Part shown: in pieces, positions 8,021 to 17,207 of the stretch
Layout of the letters: each line of letters starts with the position of its first letter
How positions within the stretch are numbered: position 1 is the first letter of the stretch
From: Escherichia phage PSD2002
Sequence record: OK335775.1
Length of the DNA: 64,000 bases
Strand: one strand, 5' to 3'
Notes under the pieces: generated by a model
Databases searched by the model: none
What the model was told of the DNA's origin: nothing
The model's input: the letters and a program-made list of their open reading frames with translations, nothing else
Translations under genes and position numbers: made by a program

Positions 8021-8536
8021 ATGGCTCATTTTAACGAATGTAGTGGTTTGATTGCAGGTGTTGATAAAGCTGAGGAAGCTTATGTTAGTGCAATTACCAA
8101 AGGTATCGACCCACTGCAGGTTATGCTTGATATGCAGAAATCTTTACAGGTTCGTCTGGCTAATGACCGTGATTATTGTTACCACCCGGATAAACTGGCT
8201 ACTGCAGGTGATGTTGTTGGATGGATGCGCGAACAGAAAGACTGCATCGATGATGAATTCCGTGAACTTCTGACTTCACTTGGTGAAATGTCTAAAGGTG
8301 AGAAAGATGCTTCTGCCGTCTGGAAAAAATGGAAGGCACGTTACCCAGAAGCTCAGTCTAAACGTATTGATGAAATGAGCCCTGAAGACCAGTTGGAAAT
8401 TAAATTTGAACTTGTGGACATAATCCATTTCGTATTAAACATGGTTACAGGTCTTGGTATGACTTCTGAAGAATTGTTCAAACTTTATTATCTGAAAAAT
8501 CTTGAAAATTTCAAACGTCAGGACAATGGGTATTAA
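8021..8536 (+). CDS. 56: Gp56 dCTPase/dUTPase (dCTP pyrophosphatase)
   Basis: 171 aa from ATG 8021 (ORF track starts at TTG 8003); MAHFNEC... and long identical blocks match T4 gp56 as recalled. Confidence 0.9.
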   Translation: MAHFNECSGLIAGVDKAEEAYVSAITKGIDPLQVMLDMQKSLQVRLANDRDYCYHPDKLATAGDVVGWMREQKDCIDDEFRELLTSLGEMSKGEKDASAVWKKWKARYPEAQSKRIDEMSPEDQLEIKFELVDIIHFVLNMVTGLGMTSEELFKLYYLKNLENFKRQDNGY

Positions 8537-8540
8537 TCAG

Positions 8541-8548
8541 TATAAATA
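8541..8548 (+). promoter_or_regulatory. Late promoter TATAAATA for soc
   Basis: Exact TATAAATA about 30 nt upstream of the soc start; soc is a late gene in T4. Confidence 0.65.
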
Positions 8549-8579
8549 CACCTGTAATTAAACAACAAAGGAGTTAATT

Positions 8580-8813
8580 ATGGGTGGTTTCGTTAATATC
8601 AAAACCTTTACACATCCAGCTGGTGAAGGTAAAGAAGTTAAAGGTACTGAGGTTTCGGTCCCGTTTGAGATTTATTCAAACGAGCACCGTATTGCAGACT
8701 CTCATTATCAGACTTTCCCTTCGGCCGTTGCAGCCTATACTACTGTAGTGACTGATGCAGCCGATTGGCGAACTAAGAACGCAGCAATGTTCACGCCGAC
8801 CCCAGTAGTTTAA
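8580..8813 (+). CDS. soc: Soc small outer capsid protein
   Basis: 77 aa; VNIKTF...HYQTFPS..AAYTTV matches T4 Soc; TATAAATA late promoter at 8541-8548; terminator downstream. Confidence 0.85.
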   Translation: MGGFVNIKTFTHPAGEGKEVKGTEVSVPFEIYSNEHRIADSHYQTFPSAVAAYTTVVTDAADWRTKNAAMFTPTPVV

Positions 8814-8819
8814 TTATAA

Positions 8820-8842
8820 GGAACCTTCGGGTTCCTTTTTTG
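8820..8842 (+). terminator. Rho-independent terminator after soc
   Basis: GGAACC-TTCG-GGTTCC hairpin plus T-run. Confidence 0.7.
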
Positions 8843-8907
8843 GTTTTAAGGGTTTACTTTCTAAGAAGGTTATGTTAAGATGGTCTTATCTTATAGAGGA
8901 GAACACT

Positions 8908-9117
8908 ATGTTAAATCGTTGGATTAAACCAAATAAATCTTTGGATGAAATTATCGCTAATCATGTATTGAAAAAGTACTTTTATACTCCTTGGTATACC
9001 GAAGTTATTGTCCATTCATTTATGATGCATGAAGACGGTTCTATCGAATTTAATGCCGAAATCCGTCACGAGACTGATGATATCGATAAAGTTGAATTTA
9101 AACGAGGTTTCCTATGA
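8908..9117 (+). CDS. Hypothetical small protein
   Basis: ATG 8908 after AGAGGAG; the ORF-track start at 8872 lies in the promoter -10 region. Confidence 0.4.
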   Translation: MLNRWIKPNKSLDEIIANHVLKKYFYTPWYTEVIVHSFMMHEDGSIEFNAEIRHETDDIDKVEFKRGFL

Positions 9118-9437
9118 TTCGTTGGCTTAAGAATTTTTTCAAGACCAAACCTGGTGAAGGGGTGGTTCCTATCTCAGGTCTGAAGGAATATGTTTATGTG
9201 GGCGATGGTATGATGGAAGAAGTTATCCGTCAACCTGAAAAAGCAGGTAATGTAGGCCCGGGTGCCCTTCCTTTGAATTCTAAAAAGTTTAAAGAGCATC
9301 TAGAAGCTCGTCGCACAAGCCATATTGATACTACTCCTATTATGGTTGCGGCTGCTGTCAGTTCTTGGACTGGTGATTCTTCTTATTCGTCTTATGACTC
9401 AGGAAGCTGTGACTCATCGTCCGGCTCGTGTGATTAA
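9114..9437 (+). CDS. Hypothetical protein with Ser/Cys-rich C-terminal tail
   Basis: 107-aa ORF; C-terminus SSWTGDSSYSSYDSGSCDSSSGSCD. Confidence 0.45.
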   Translation: MIRWLKNFFKTKPGEGVVPISGLKEYVYVGDGMMEEVIRQPEKAGNVGPGALPLNSKKFKEHLEARRTSHIDTTPIMVAAAVSSWTGDSSYSSYDSGSCDSSSGSCD

Positions 9438-9637
9438 TGAAACCTTTATCATGGCTTAAAGATTGGCTGGACCGTCCTGGTGATTATCTTGATGACGGGT
9501 GGTTGGACCAAGCTAATGCAGAAATGAAACGCGAGTCCGAAGAATGGATTCTTAAAGGTATCCGTGAAGAACGCGAAAAGAAATTAGAACGCGAAGCTCT
9601 TAGAATTATGCGTGACATCTATGGGGATAAATCATGA
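9437..9637 (+). CDS. Hypothetical small protein
   Basis: 66-aa ORF in tight array with neighbours. Confidence 0.4.
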   Translation: MKPLSWLKDWLDRPGDYLDDGWLDQANAEMKRESEEWILKGIREEREKKLEREALRIMRDIYGDKS

Positions 9638-9801
9638 CTACTGAAGAGGCCGAAAAACAAGCTAAAGAGGCACTGGATTTGCTTCTTAAAATTGGTAGTA
9701 AAATGATGAAAGAAAACGAGAAATACATCCAAGAAAATAAAATTCCGGATGGTCCTTTAGTAGGTAAACTAAGAAGAGGAAATCATAATGAAAGTTTATG
9801 A
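9634..9801 (+). CDS. Hypothetical small protein
   Basis: 55-aa ORF below the track cutoff, start overlaps the previous stop; fills an otherwise non-coding interval. Confidence 0.3.
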   Translation: MTTEEAEKQAKEALDLLLKIGSKMMKENEKYIQENKIPDGPLVGKLRRGNHNESL

Positions 9802-10276
9802 ACTAGAATTCTTTGTTCGTGATTCTGCCGGACAAACGCGTCCTTATGATGCTACGGCGTGTCTTATCCTTGTCGATAATGGTACGAATTCTATAACCCA
9901 GCTAGAAACACGATTAAAAGATATTAAGCCACCAGAAAATATTCTAATGAAGGCATATCATAATAAAAATGTTGATGTTGCTGAGGGTTGTCCTTTTAGC
10001 CTGGCTGAAGCATTACATATCAAGGGTTATCGCCATCCGGACCCGTATGGCGAAGGAACAATGGACATTTTCTATAAAGATACCGATAGAATGTCCAACG
10101 AACGTCTTAAAGGTCGTACTTATCTTATTTCCGCTACCGAAGACCTTATTGAAGTTGAACGTCAGATTTGGAAGCACTTTGATATTGGATTGCGCTTTAC
10201 CATGACTGAAGACGCTATTCGTGATGCTAAGGTACGAGCTCGTATGTACGAGTACGGTCCTATCGGTGGTTACTAA
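9788..10276 (+). CDS. Hypothetical protein (occupies the mrh position of T4)
   Basis: 162-aa ORF with SD AGAGGA; assignment by position only. Confidence 0.45.
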   Translation: MKVYELEFFVRDSAGQTRPYDATACLILVDNGTNSITQLETRLKDIKPPENILMKAYHNKNVDVAEGCPFSLAEALHIKGYRHPDPYGEGTMDIFYKDTDRMSNERLKGRTYLISATEDLIEVERQIWKHFDIGLRFTMTEDAIRDAKVRARMYEYGPIGGY

Positions 10277-10464
10277 TGGACTTATTTGATATGTTTGTCA
10301 TTCCGGACCCTGAGCCTGAAACAACTCAGGAGCCGCCTGTTGACCTTGTCAATGAACTTGATATGATTATACAGAAGCACGGTTTTAAGTTGCCTAAAGA
10401 TGCTCTTAGCGACCTTGCTTCTTATTACTTAGACCCTCCTCCATGGGCCCCTTGGGTAAAATAA
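10276..10464 (+). CDS. Hypothetical small acidic protein
   Basis: 62-aa ORF. Confidence 0.4.
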   Translation: MDLFDMFVIPDPEPETTQEPPVDLVNELDMIIQKHGFKLPKDALSDLASYYLDPPPWAPWVK

Positions 10465-10519
10465 AGTTTTACACCTCCTCCCTTCATGTTATAATGACCT
10501 CTAAATCACTGGAGGTCAT

Positions 10520-11089
10520 ATGAACATCGAACAAAAATGTCTTTATCAAGACCGAATCAATTCCAAATTCTCAAAACACGAACAGAATCTTTTAGAAAAA
10601 TGTCTAGATGCTAAAAAGGACCCTAACTTCCATTACGACCTTGATAAGCTAGTTCGTAAGCATGTTACTTCAGCGGTTCCGGTAGAGCTTTATCGTGGGA
10701 TTACCGCTATGGAACTTGAGCAACTTGAAGTTCTTTCTGTTGGGTGCCAGTGGTCTCCTGGCCGGGTTACTTCTTTTAGTACACAATACTCACAGGCTCG
10801 TCAGTTCGCAGGGGCATGGGAATATGGAACCAGAACCATTTTAAGTCTCAGGAATGCACCGTTCATTTTCGACTACTATAACCATGCTATCGACCTTGTT
10901 CTTGCAGGGAATGTGGATGAGCTTGAAATAGATGAAACCCGTATTGACCTCTATGATATGGTTGAAACTGAATGCGAGTTCATGGTCTCCAGCCAATCAC
11001 GATTTGAGATTGTGGAAATCGAAACCGTCAAAAGAGACCCGTACGAAATCGAGTATAAAACAATTCATTTAAAAATGTTGGATTTTTAG
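10520..11089 (+). CDS. ADP-ribosyltransferase, ModA/ModB-like
   Basis: 189 aa; R-S-E class ART signature LYRG ... SFSTQ ... ECEF in correct order and spacing; located between soc and dda where T4 encodes modA/modB. Confidence 0.6.
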   Translation: MNIEQKCLYQDRINSKFSKHEQNLLEKCLDAKKDPNFHYDLDKLVRKHVTSAVPVELYRGITAMELEQLEVLSVGCQWSPGRVTSFSTQYSQARQFAGAWEYGTRTILSLRNAPFIFDYYNHAIDLVLAGNVDELEIDETRIDLYDMVETECEFMVSSQSRFEIVEIETVKRDPYEIEYKTIHLKMLDF

Positions 11090-11143
11090 TTTACAGGCAA
11101 GGAAGCTTGTGGTACTATCTTTCTACCAACTGAGGAGAATAAT

Positions 11144-11758
11144 ATGTTATATCCGAGCCATAAATTAGCAGAATTTATCAACAACGCTAAATGCGATGAT
11201 TTCCGTGAGAATACTCAGATAGAAATTGATGAGGTGTATTCTGATTTAGAACAGAGTACCCTCTGGCAGTGCATGGAAAATAAACCAGATTGTATCCAGG
11301 AAACTCTGAACAAAATCATCCGTAAGAACCTGACTTCTGTAGTGCCTGATAAGCTCTATCGCGGCATATCTAAAAAGACTATGAAGTATCTAGAGTCCAC
11401 AATGTGTGTAGGTGCCGTAATTGAATTCGACCGAGTAATGAGCTTCTCTAAAGACTTCAACGTGGCAAGGAATTTTGCATCTTATAACTTCTATGGAACA
11501 TTTAATATCTTTTGTATTAATGATGCGCCATTTGTGTACAATTATCAGGAAGAAATCTTTAAAATGTTATGTGCTGCGCCCCCTGAAGAGTTCCCAGGCG
11601 CATTTCCTGAATCTACCCGTGTAGCAAACTTACAATTAATCAATGATGAAGATGAGATGATGTTCCCTGCGGGAACTACGCTGCGCGTAGACTCTATTGA
11701 GAGAAATCCTAAATGGAATAATTACACCATTTGGAATCTTTCCGTTCTTTCTTACTGA
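11144..11758 (+). CDS. ADP-ribosyltransferase, ModA/ModB-like paralog
   Basis: 204 aa; LYRGI ... MSFSKD ... DEDEMMF; shares the NAPF(I/V) and LYRGI blocks with the upstream ORF. Confidence 0.6.
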   Translation: MLYPSHKLAEFINNAKCDDFRENTQIEIDEVYSDLEQSTLWQCMENKPDCIQETLNKIIRKNLTSVVPDKLYRGISKKTMKYLESTMCVGAVIEFDRVMSFSKDFNVARNFASYNFYGTFNIFCINDAPFVYNYQEEIFKMLCAAPPEEFPGAFPESTRVANLQLINDEDEMMFPAGTTLRVDSIERNPKWNNYTIWNLSVLSY

Positions 11759-11827
11759 ACCACCCGGTTTAATTGAAAGGCAAAGTCCTTGATTCATTAT
11801 ACCGTCGAAAATTTAAAGCAAAAAAGT

Positions 11828-11856
11828 GTTTACTTTATCGAGTAACTTGATACTAT
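11828..11856 (+). promoter_or_regulatory. Early promoter
   Basis: GTTTAC-N17-TACTAT. Confidence 0.55.
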
Positions 11857-11882
11857 AGACATATCAACCAATCGTCCGTAAG

Positions 11883-12629
11883 ATGAGAAATATCATGACT
11901 ACTGAATTTGAGTTAAAGGTTTACAAACGTCGCGAACACACTAAAGCCTCTGCCAAAAAACGTGGTAAGGACTTTAACCTGTCTAGTAAGTATGTTCGTA
12001 GACTTCTTGAACAAAAAGTGTGTGCATATTCAGGCGAACGTTTTGATGAGAATTCAGTTAGTGATAAGATTTCATTTGAACGTTTTAATAATGATATTGG
12101 TTATATCGAAGGTAATGTAATCCCAGTTAAAGTCAAGTACAATAGCTTACGTGCTGATTTGTCTTTAGATGAATTGAAACGTGCACAGACTCGTTTAGCG
12201 TCCCGTATTTCAGGTGGTTCTAAAATGCCTAATAGTTTTAAAGTTACCCCAGATAATTATTATAAAATTCGTAAAATAGTTAAAAATATTAAAGATACCC
12301 AAAGAGGTCTTAAAAAGCGTGAAAAACGTCTTAAGGACCTTATTAAATCAGGAGCTACTGATAAGACCCCTTCCGTCATCGCGGTTAAAGCTCGTATCCA
12401 TGGTTCTAATGCTTCAATTGGTACTATGGAAAAAGGTCTTAAATCTTTAATCGGTGGGCCTGATTGGCGCGTCAAGTTTAAATTGTCTGAAGCAGAAACG
12501 CGTTACGATATGTATGATAAAATTATTCAAGGTCTGGAGCGTTTAGAACACCTTTCTTTTATTGACAAAATGAAGTTGAAAAAAGGTCTTCCACTGAATG
12601 CTTCAATTTTTTCACTGATTAGAGGTTAA
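11883..12629 (+). CDS. Hypothetical protein (srd position)
   Basis: 248-aa ORF between the ART pair and dda; own early promoter at 11828-11856; identity assigned by position only. Confidence 0.45.
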   Translation: MRNIMTTEFELKVYKRREHTKASAKKRGKDFNLSSKYVRRLLEQKVCAYSGERFDENSVSDKISFERFNNDIGYIEGNVIPVKVKYNSLRADLSLDELKRAQTRLASRISGGSKMPNSFKVTPDNYYKIRKIVKNIKDTQRGLKKREKRLKDLIKSGATDKTPSVIAVKARIHGSNASIGTMEKGLKSLIGGPDWRVKFKLSEAETRYDMYDKIIQGLERLEHLSFIDKMKLKKGLPLNASIFSLIRG

Positions 12630-12630
12630 C

Positions 12631-12930
12631 GTGATGTACTATGCATACGTATTAGTTCACAAGGACAAAGATGGATATGAAATTCCATTAGAAGAGGCAG
12701 GTGAAGTGACTTTGTATTCGACAAAGATCGGAGCCGACACAGCTCTATCTGATTATGAAATGACAACAAAAAGATATCTTCGGCTTGGACGCCTTGAAAC
12801 GGTGTGCACACCTAGAAAATGGTGGTTTGATAAGCGGGAAACTAAAACAGTATATCCTACCGAAGAACGAGCCCGAGAACTTAAATTAGTTTTAGACACT
12901 TTATATGTTAAGCGAGTAAAATTGGCATGA
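12631..12930 (+). CDS. Hypothetical protein (dda.1 position)
   Basis: 99-aa ORF immediately upstream of dda. Confidence 0.45.
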   Translation: MMYYAYVLVHKDKDGYEIPLEEAGEVTLYSTKIGADTALSDYEMTTKRYLRLGRLETVCTPRKWWFDKRETKTVYPTEERARELKLVLDTLYVKRVKLA

Positions 12931-14258
12931 TTACATTTGAAGACTTGAACATCGGCCAGAGGACGGCCTTTAAAGAAATCATTGAAGCTATTAAACGACG
13001 TAAGGGTGAATGGATTACATTGAACGGTCCAGCCGGTACAGGTAAAACAACCCTTACCAAATTTATTCTTGACCATCTAGTCAAGAATGGTGAACTCGGA
13101 GTTATTTTGACTGCACCCACTCATGCGGCCAAAAAGGTATTGTCGAAACTCGCAGGTCAAGAAGCATCAACAATCCATAGAATCTTAAAGATTAACCCTA
13201 CCACATACGAAGACCAGGACATCTTTGAACAACGCGAAGCTCCTGACTTGAGCAAATGTAACGTTCTGGTTGTTGATGAAGGCTCGATGATTGACGGTAA
13301 GCTGTTTAAGATTATCGAATCTTCAGTGCCACCATGGTGTACTGTATTAGGGATTGGCGACAGAGCTCAGCTACAGCCAGTGGAACCTGGAAGTGATGGT
13401 AGTCCACAGTTGTCTCCGTTCTTTACCCATCCAAAAATCAAGCAATTGCATTTGACCGAAGTAATGCGTAGCAATGCTCCAATCATTGAGGTTGCTACTG
13501 AAATCCGTAATGGCGGATGGTTTAGAGATTGTGTATTCGAAGGACATGGTGTCCATGGTTTTAAATCTCAAACTGCTTTAAAAGATTTTATGATGAATTA
13601 TTTTTCCATTGTAAAAGACGCGGATGCCTTATTTGAAAATAGGATGTTTGCTTATACAAATAAATCGGTTGAAAAGCTGAATAGCATTATTCGTAAAAAG
13701 CTTTATGAAACCGATGCACCTTATATCAAGGGTGAAATCCTGGTGATGCAAGAGCCTTTTATGAAGGAACTTGAATACGATGGTAAGAAATTCTCTGAAA
13801 CCATTTTTAATAACGGTCAAATGGTTCGTATTCTGGATGTGAACCACACCTCATTGTTCTTGTCTGCTAAGGATGTAGGCACTCGACAAATGATTAATTA
13901 CTGGGACCTGCAAGTAGAATCTATCGATGAAGATGATGAGTATTATGTAGAGCATTTAAAGGTTATCGATGAGGCTTCGGTTGAGAAGTTCCATTATTTC
14001 TTGGCTAGGGTTGCTACTGAATACAAAGCCATGCGTGGAACGGGTAAGAAACCTAAGTGGGCTGATTTTTGGAAAGCTAAGAGAATGTTTACTAAGGTTC
14101 GAGCTCTTCCTGTGAGCACTGTTCATAAATCCCAAGGACTTACAGTCCAAAACAGTTTCATCTATACTCCATGCATGCATATGGCTGATGCGAATTTAGC
14201 TTCACAGCTGGCTTATGTTAGTATTACTCGTGCTCGTACTGACGCCTACTACGTTTGA
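12927..14258 (+). CDS. dda: Dda SF1 DNA helicase
   Basis: 443 aa; Walker A GPAGTGKTT, helicase motifs; strong match to T4 Dda as recalled. Confidence 0.95.
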   Translation: MITFEDLNIGQRTAFKEIIEAIKRRKGEWITLNGPAGTGKTTLTKFILDHLVKNGELGVILTAPTHAAKKVLSKLAGQEASTIHRILKINPTTYEDQDIFEQREAPDLSKCNVLVVDEGSMIDGKLFKIIESSVPPWCTVLGIGDRAQLQPVEPGSDGSPQLSPFFTHPKIKQLHLTEVMRSNAPIIEVATEIRNGGWFRDCVFEGHGVHGFKSQTALKDFMMNYFSIVKDADALFENRMFAYTNKSVEKLNSIIRKKLYETDAPYIKGEILVMQEPFMKELEYDGKKFSETIFNNGQMVRILDVNHTSLFLSAKDVGTRQMINYWDLQVESIDEDDEYYVEHLKVIDEASVEKFHYFLARVATEYKAMRGTGKKPKWADFWKAKRMFTKVRALPVSTVHKSQGLTVQNSFIYTPCMHMADANLASQLAYVSITRARTDAYYV

Positions 14259-14265
14259 GGAAAAT

Positions 14266-14505
14266 ATGATTAAAGTAACTAAAGACCAATTTTATAAGTT
14301 GAAATTCGAAACCGAACATATTATTAAAGTCAACCAAAATAATATCAGCATTAGGCAAAAGGCCCATACTGTCCTGAACTCTCTTAAAGAGATTGAAAGT
14401 GATTTTATTGCAGTACAAAATCTGATGGACGACAATATCTCTTCGGTTTATATTGAAGACTACACCGTTGGCCAAATCCGAGACCTTATGAGGTACGTTA
14501 AATGA
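14266..14505 (+). CDS. Hypothetical small protein
   Basis: ATG 14266 after GAGGAAAA; the ORF-track N-terminal extension overlaps the dda C-terminus. Confidence 0.4.
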   Translation: MIKVTKDQFYKLKFETEHIIKVNQNNISIRQKAHTVLNSLKEIESDFIAVQNLMDDNISSVYIEDYTVGQIRDLMRYVK

Positions 14506-15176
14506 AAGATATAATTATTGACTTTGAAACCTTTGCCACTACTCAAAATGCAGCGGTTATCGACCTAGCCGTAATTGCTTACGACCCTAATCCAGAGGTT
14601 GTAGAAACGTTTGAAGAGCTTACTCAACGAGGCCTTCGTATTAAATTTGACCTCGCTTCTCAACGTGATAAACGACTGTTTTCTAAAAGCACGTTGCAGT
14701 GGTGGAAAGAGCAAGGGCCTGAAGCGCGTAAAAACCTGGCTCCATCTGAAATTGATGTGTCCACTTCTATTGGTCTCGGTAATTTCCTGGAATACTGCCG
14801 TAAAAACGAAGTAGACCAATGGAAATCCCAGATGTGGTGTCGTGGAATGTCCTTTGACTTTCCTATCTTAGTCGACCTTATTCGTGATGCTTATCGTTCT
14901 GAAGGGGTTCCTGAGAATGAAATCGATACCAGTAAATTAGAACCGGTTAAATTCTGGAACCAACGTGACATCCGTACAGCTATTGAAGCATATTCACTAA
15001 CTCGTGGATTGAGCATGTGTCCTCTGCCTAACGGAACATTGAACGGCTTTGTTGCTCATGACTCCATCCATGACTGTGCTAAGGATATCTTGATGCTGAA
15101 ATATGCCCAACGTTATGCCTTAGGCCTGGAAGATGTCCCTGAGAATCCGGACCCATTAAGTATAAAAAATCGATAA
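14502..15176 (+). CDS. dexA: DexA exonuclease A (DEDD family)
   Basis: 224 aa; N-terminal IIDFETFA exonuclease motif; size and position as T4 dexA. Confidence 0.8.
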   Translation: MKDIIIDFETFATTQNAAVIDLAVIAYDPNPEVVETFEELTQRGLRIKFDLASQRDKRLFSKSTLQWWKEQGPEARKNLAPSEIDVSTSIGLGNFLEYCRKNEVDQWKSQMWCRGMSFDFPILVDLIRDAYRSEGVPENEIDTSKLEPVKFWNQRDIRTAIEAYSLTRGLSMCPLPNGTLNGFVAHDSIHDCAKDILMLKYAQRYALGLEDVPENPDPLSIKNR

Positions 15177-15180
15177 AAGT

Positions 15181-15209
15181 GTTTACTTCTCCTCATGACA
15201 TGTTATTAT
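15181..15209 (+). promoter_or_regulatory. Early promoter embedded in a 10-bp inverted repeat
   Basis: GTTTAC-N17-TATTAT; arms TCTCCTCATG (15188-15197) and CATGAGGAGA (15222-15231). Confidence 0.6.
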
Positions 15210-15236
15210 CTACCCTATCAACATGAGGAGAACAAA

Positions 15237-15746
15237 ATGAAAATTTATCGAGTGGAGTCATCGTTCAGTATCTTAGATAACAGCGATGTTATAGCAATCA
15301 CTCACCAACAGTGCCGCCAATTAACACCGTATAGAGGCTCGTTTGATGAATGGAGCGAAGGTTGGTTATTAGAAGTAGGTTTCGACAAACCTAATTTTAG
15401 ACACCACCATACCAATAATAAAAATATTCCGCTACCAGGTCAAGACAAGTTGTTGGTGGAAAATTCTAATAAAAGCATTAGAACTAAGTGGAACCAGCCT
15501 GATTATGAAGGCTGTGATGATTGTATTCCAGGTTGGTTTGTTAATCTCTACCATTTTGCTTTTGCCAGCGAGTATGATATGATGCGCTGGTTCACTCGTG
15601 AAGAGCGTGAAGAATTATCTTCTAAAGGATTCTATCTTGCTGTTTACGAAATCCCTGAAGATGAGGTTGTCATTGGTAGCCGTCAATTAATGTTCCGCAA
15701 ATCCTATGCCGAACTCGTAGATTTTATTGAAATGAGAAAATTATGA
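15237..15746 (+). CDS. Hypothetical protein
   Basis: ATG 15237 after GAGGAG; early promoter 15181-15209 with flanking inverted repeat. Confidence 0.45.
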   Translation: MKIYRVESSFSILDNSDVIAITHQQCRQLTPYRGSFDEWSEGWLLEVGFDKPNFRHHHTNNKNIPLPGQDKLLVENSNKSIRTKWNQPDYEGCDDCIPGWFVNLYHFAFASEYDMMRWFTREEREELSSKGFYLAVYEIPEDEVVIGSRQLMFRKSYAELVDFIEMRKL

Positions 15747-16291
15747 AATTTAATTATAACCCTGAATATACACCAAATCCTGCAGCTAAACTGATTGATT
15801 TTGATGTTTTAAGCACTTATGTATGCCCTGTTAAACCACTGGAAATTAAGGAAACCACTATGACTACTCAGACTATCGAAATCGGCAAAACCTACAAACT
15901 GGTTGAACCTGAAATTAAAACTAAGGCCTTGATTTCCGGCCATAAAACCCTGACTGATGTTTTTGGTGAAGGCGAATTTATTGTTGAAGAATTTGCCAAA
16001 AGTGAGTGGTTCTCTAAAGCCTATATTCTCCACGGCCGTCGTTTAGACAATAACAAAATTGAGCAAACCCTGGTTTATGAAGATGAGTTCATCCTGTTCC
16101 AAGAAGTTGAAGAACAAGACCCTACCGACCTTCTGTGTGCTGCTGTGTCTATCCGTCGTCCTTTTGATAATCCTATCTGTGGTTGGGTAACAGACCAGTG
16201 GGTTGAAGACGGTGTTGAGCTGCTGAACGTTGTACATGCTGGTGATTTTAGCGTAGTACCTCGTAGTGCAGTGGTTAATGTATTGAATTAG
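15743..16291 (+). CDS. Hypothetical protein, paralog family A
   Basis: 182 aa; C-terminal block TDQWVEDGVELLNVVHAGDFSVVP shared with ORF 16365..16916. Confidence 0.5.
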   Translation: MKFNYNPEYTPNPAAKLIDFDVLSTYVCPVKPLEIKETTMTTQTIEIGKTYKLVEPEIKTKALISGHKTLTDVFGEGEFIVEEFAKSEWFSKAYILHGRRLDNNKIEQTLVYEDEFILFQEVEEQDPTDLLCAAVSIRRPFDNPICGWVTDQWVEDGVELLNVVHAGDFSVVPRSAVVNVLN

Positions 16292-16293
16292 TA

Positions 16294-16322
16294 GTTTACT
16301 TTATCGAGAGCCGTGTTATAAT
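16294..16322 (+). promoter_or_regulatory. Early promoter
   Basis: GTTTAC-N17-TATAAT with flanking inverted repeat GAGAGCC/GGCTCTC. Confidence 0.6.
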
Positions 16323-16364
16323 GGCTCTCATGGAGAATAAACTTATTAACCAAGAGAGAAAATT

Positions 16365-16916
16365 ATGATTACTATCGGTGAAATTGTTCGTGTATCCAAA
16401 GAATCTCGCTCAAAAGCCGCAGGTCGTTTTGTTGAAGTTGCTGGTATTCGTACTAATTTAGTAGGTGGAATTAAAGAAGTTAAAGTGCGTATTATTCCTA
16501 AAAATGGCCAGACTGAAACTCAATTCGCTTATGTGCATCCTAAATTCCTGGAATCAACTGAATTCACTGGACACATCGCTCCTGTAGTTGAAGAAGTTGA
16601 ATCCCATGATGGGTATGTATGTGAAAGCAATGATATCCGTGGCGTAGTAGCTCAAGACGTTGAAACTATTGACCAATCTCATGTTGGTGTTGATTTCAAA
16701 TGGAAATTAGGTAAAGGTGTCTTTTTCGTTTCACCTAAACCGTTTGAATACAATTGCAAGTATGGTCCGACTTATGAAACCACTAGTATGTCCGGTTACA
16801 TCACAGACCAATGGGTTGAAGAAGGTGTTAAGCTGTATAACATCGTGTTCCTTGGCACCTTTAAAGTAGTTCCTGAAAGTTTTATTGTTGAGTACGCTGA
16901 TATTCATTTTGCATAA
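16365..16916 (+). CDS. Hypothetical protein, paralog family A
   Basis: 183 aa; C-terminal block TDQWVEEGVKLYNIVFLGTFKVVP. Confidence 0.5.
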   Translation: MITIGEIVRVSKESRSKAAGRFVEVAGIRTNLVGGIKEVKVRIIPKNGQTETQFAYVHPKFLESTEFTGHIAPVVEEVESHDGYVCESNDIRGVVAQDVETIDQSHVGVDFKWKLGKGVFFVSPKPFEYNCKYGPTYETTSMSGYITDQWVEEGVKLYNIVFLGTFKVVPESFIVEYADIHFA

Positions 16917-16988
16917 AGTTTAAAAACAGTATACAACAGGGTAGTAGTGTGATACTATTACCCTATCAACAAATGAGAGGAAAATAAA

Positions 16989-17207
16989 ATGGCTAAAGTT
17001 ACTGTGAACTCGACTCGTGAAGAATTTGAAGATGTTCTGTTCAACCCTGATTTAATCGTGGTTCAAAAGGAACATTCTGATACGTTTTCTCATTTATCGT
17101 CGGTTTATGTATACGAAAACCAAGGTGATGAAAACCCTATCTATGCGGTGTTCCGTGAAATCACTGCTGAAGGCACCGACTTCTGGAAGGAAACTTATAA
17201 TGCTTAA
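16989..17207 (+). CDS. Hypothetical small protein
   Basis: 72-aa ORF after early promoter. Confidence 0.4.
   Translation: MAKVTVNSTREEFEDVLFNPDLIVVQKEHSDTFSHLSSVYVYENQGDENPIYAVFREITAEGTDFWKETYNA

Noticed and set aside
14215-14265. N-terminal extension of the ORF downstream of dda (MLVLLVLVLTPT...)
   Set aside because: The extension overlaps the dda C-terminus in another frame and has no RBS; an ATG at 14266 with SD GAGGAAAA is the likely start.
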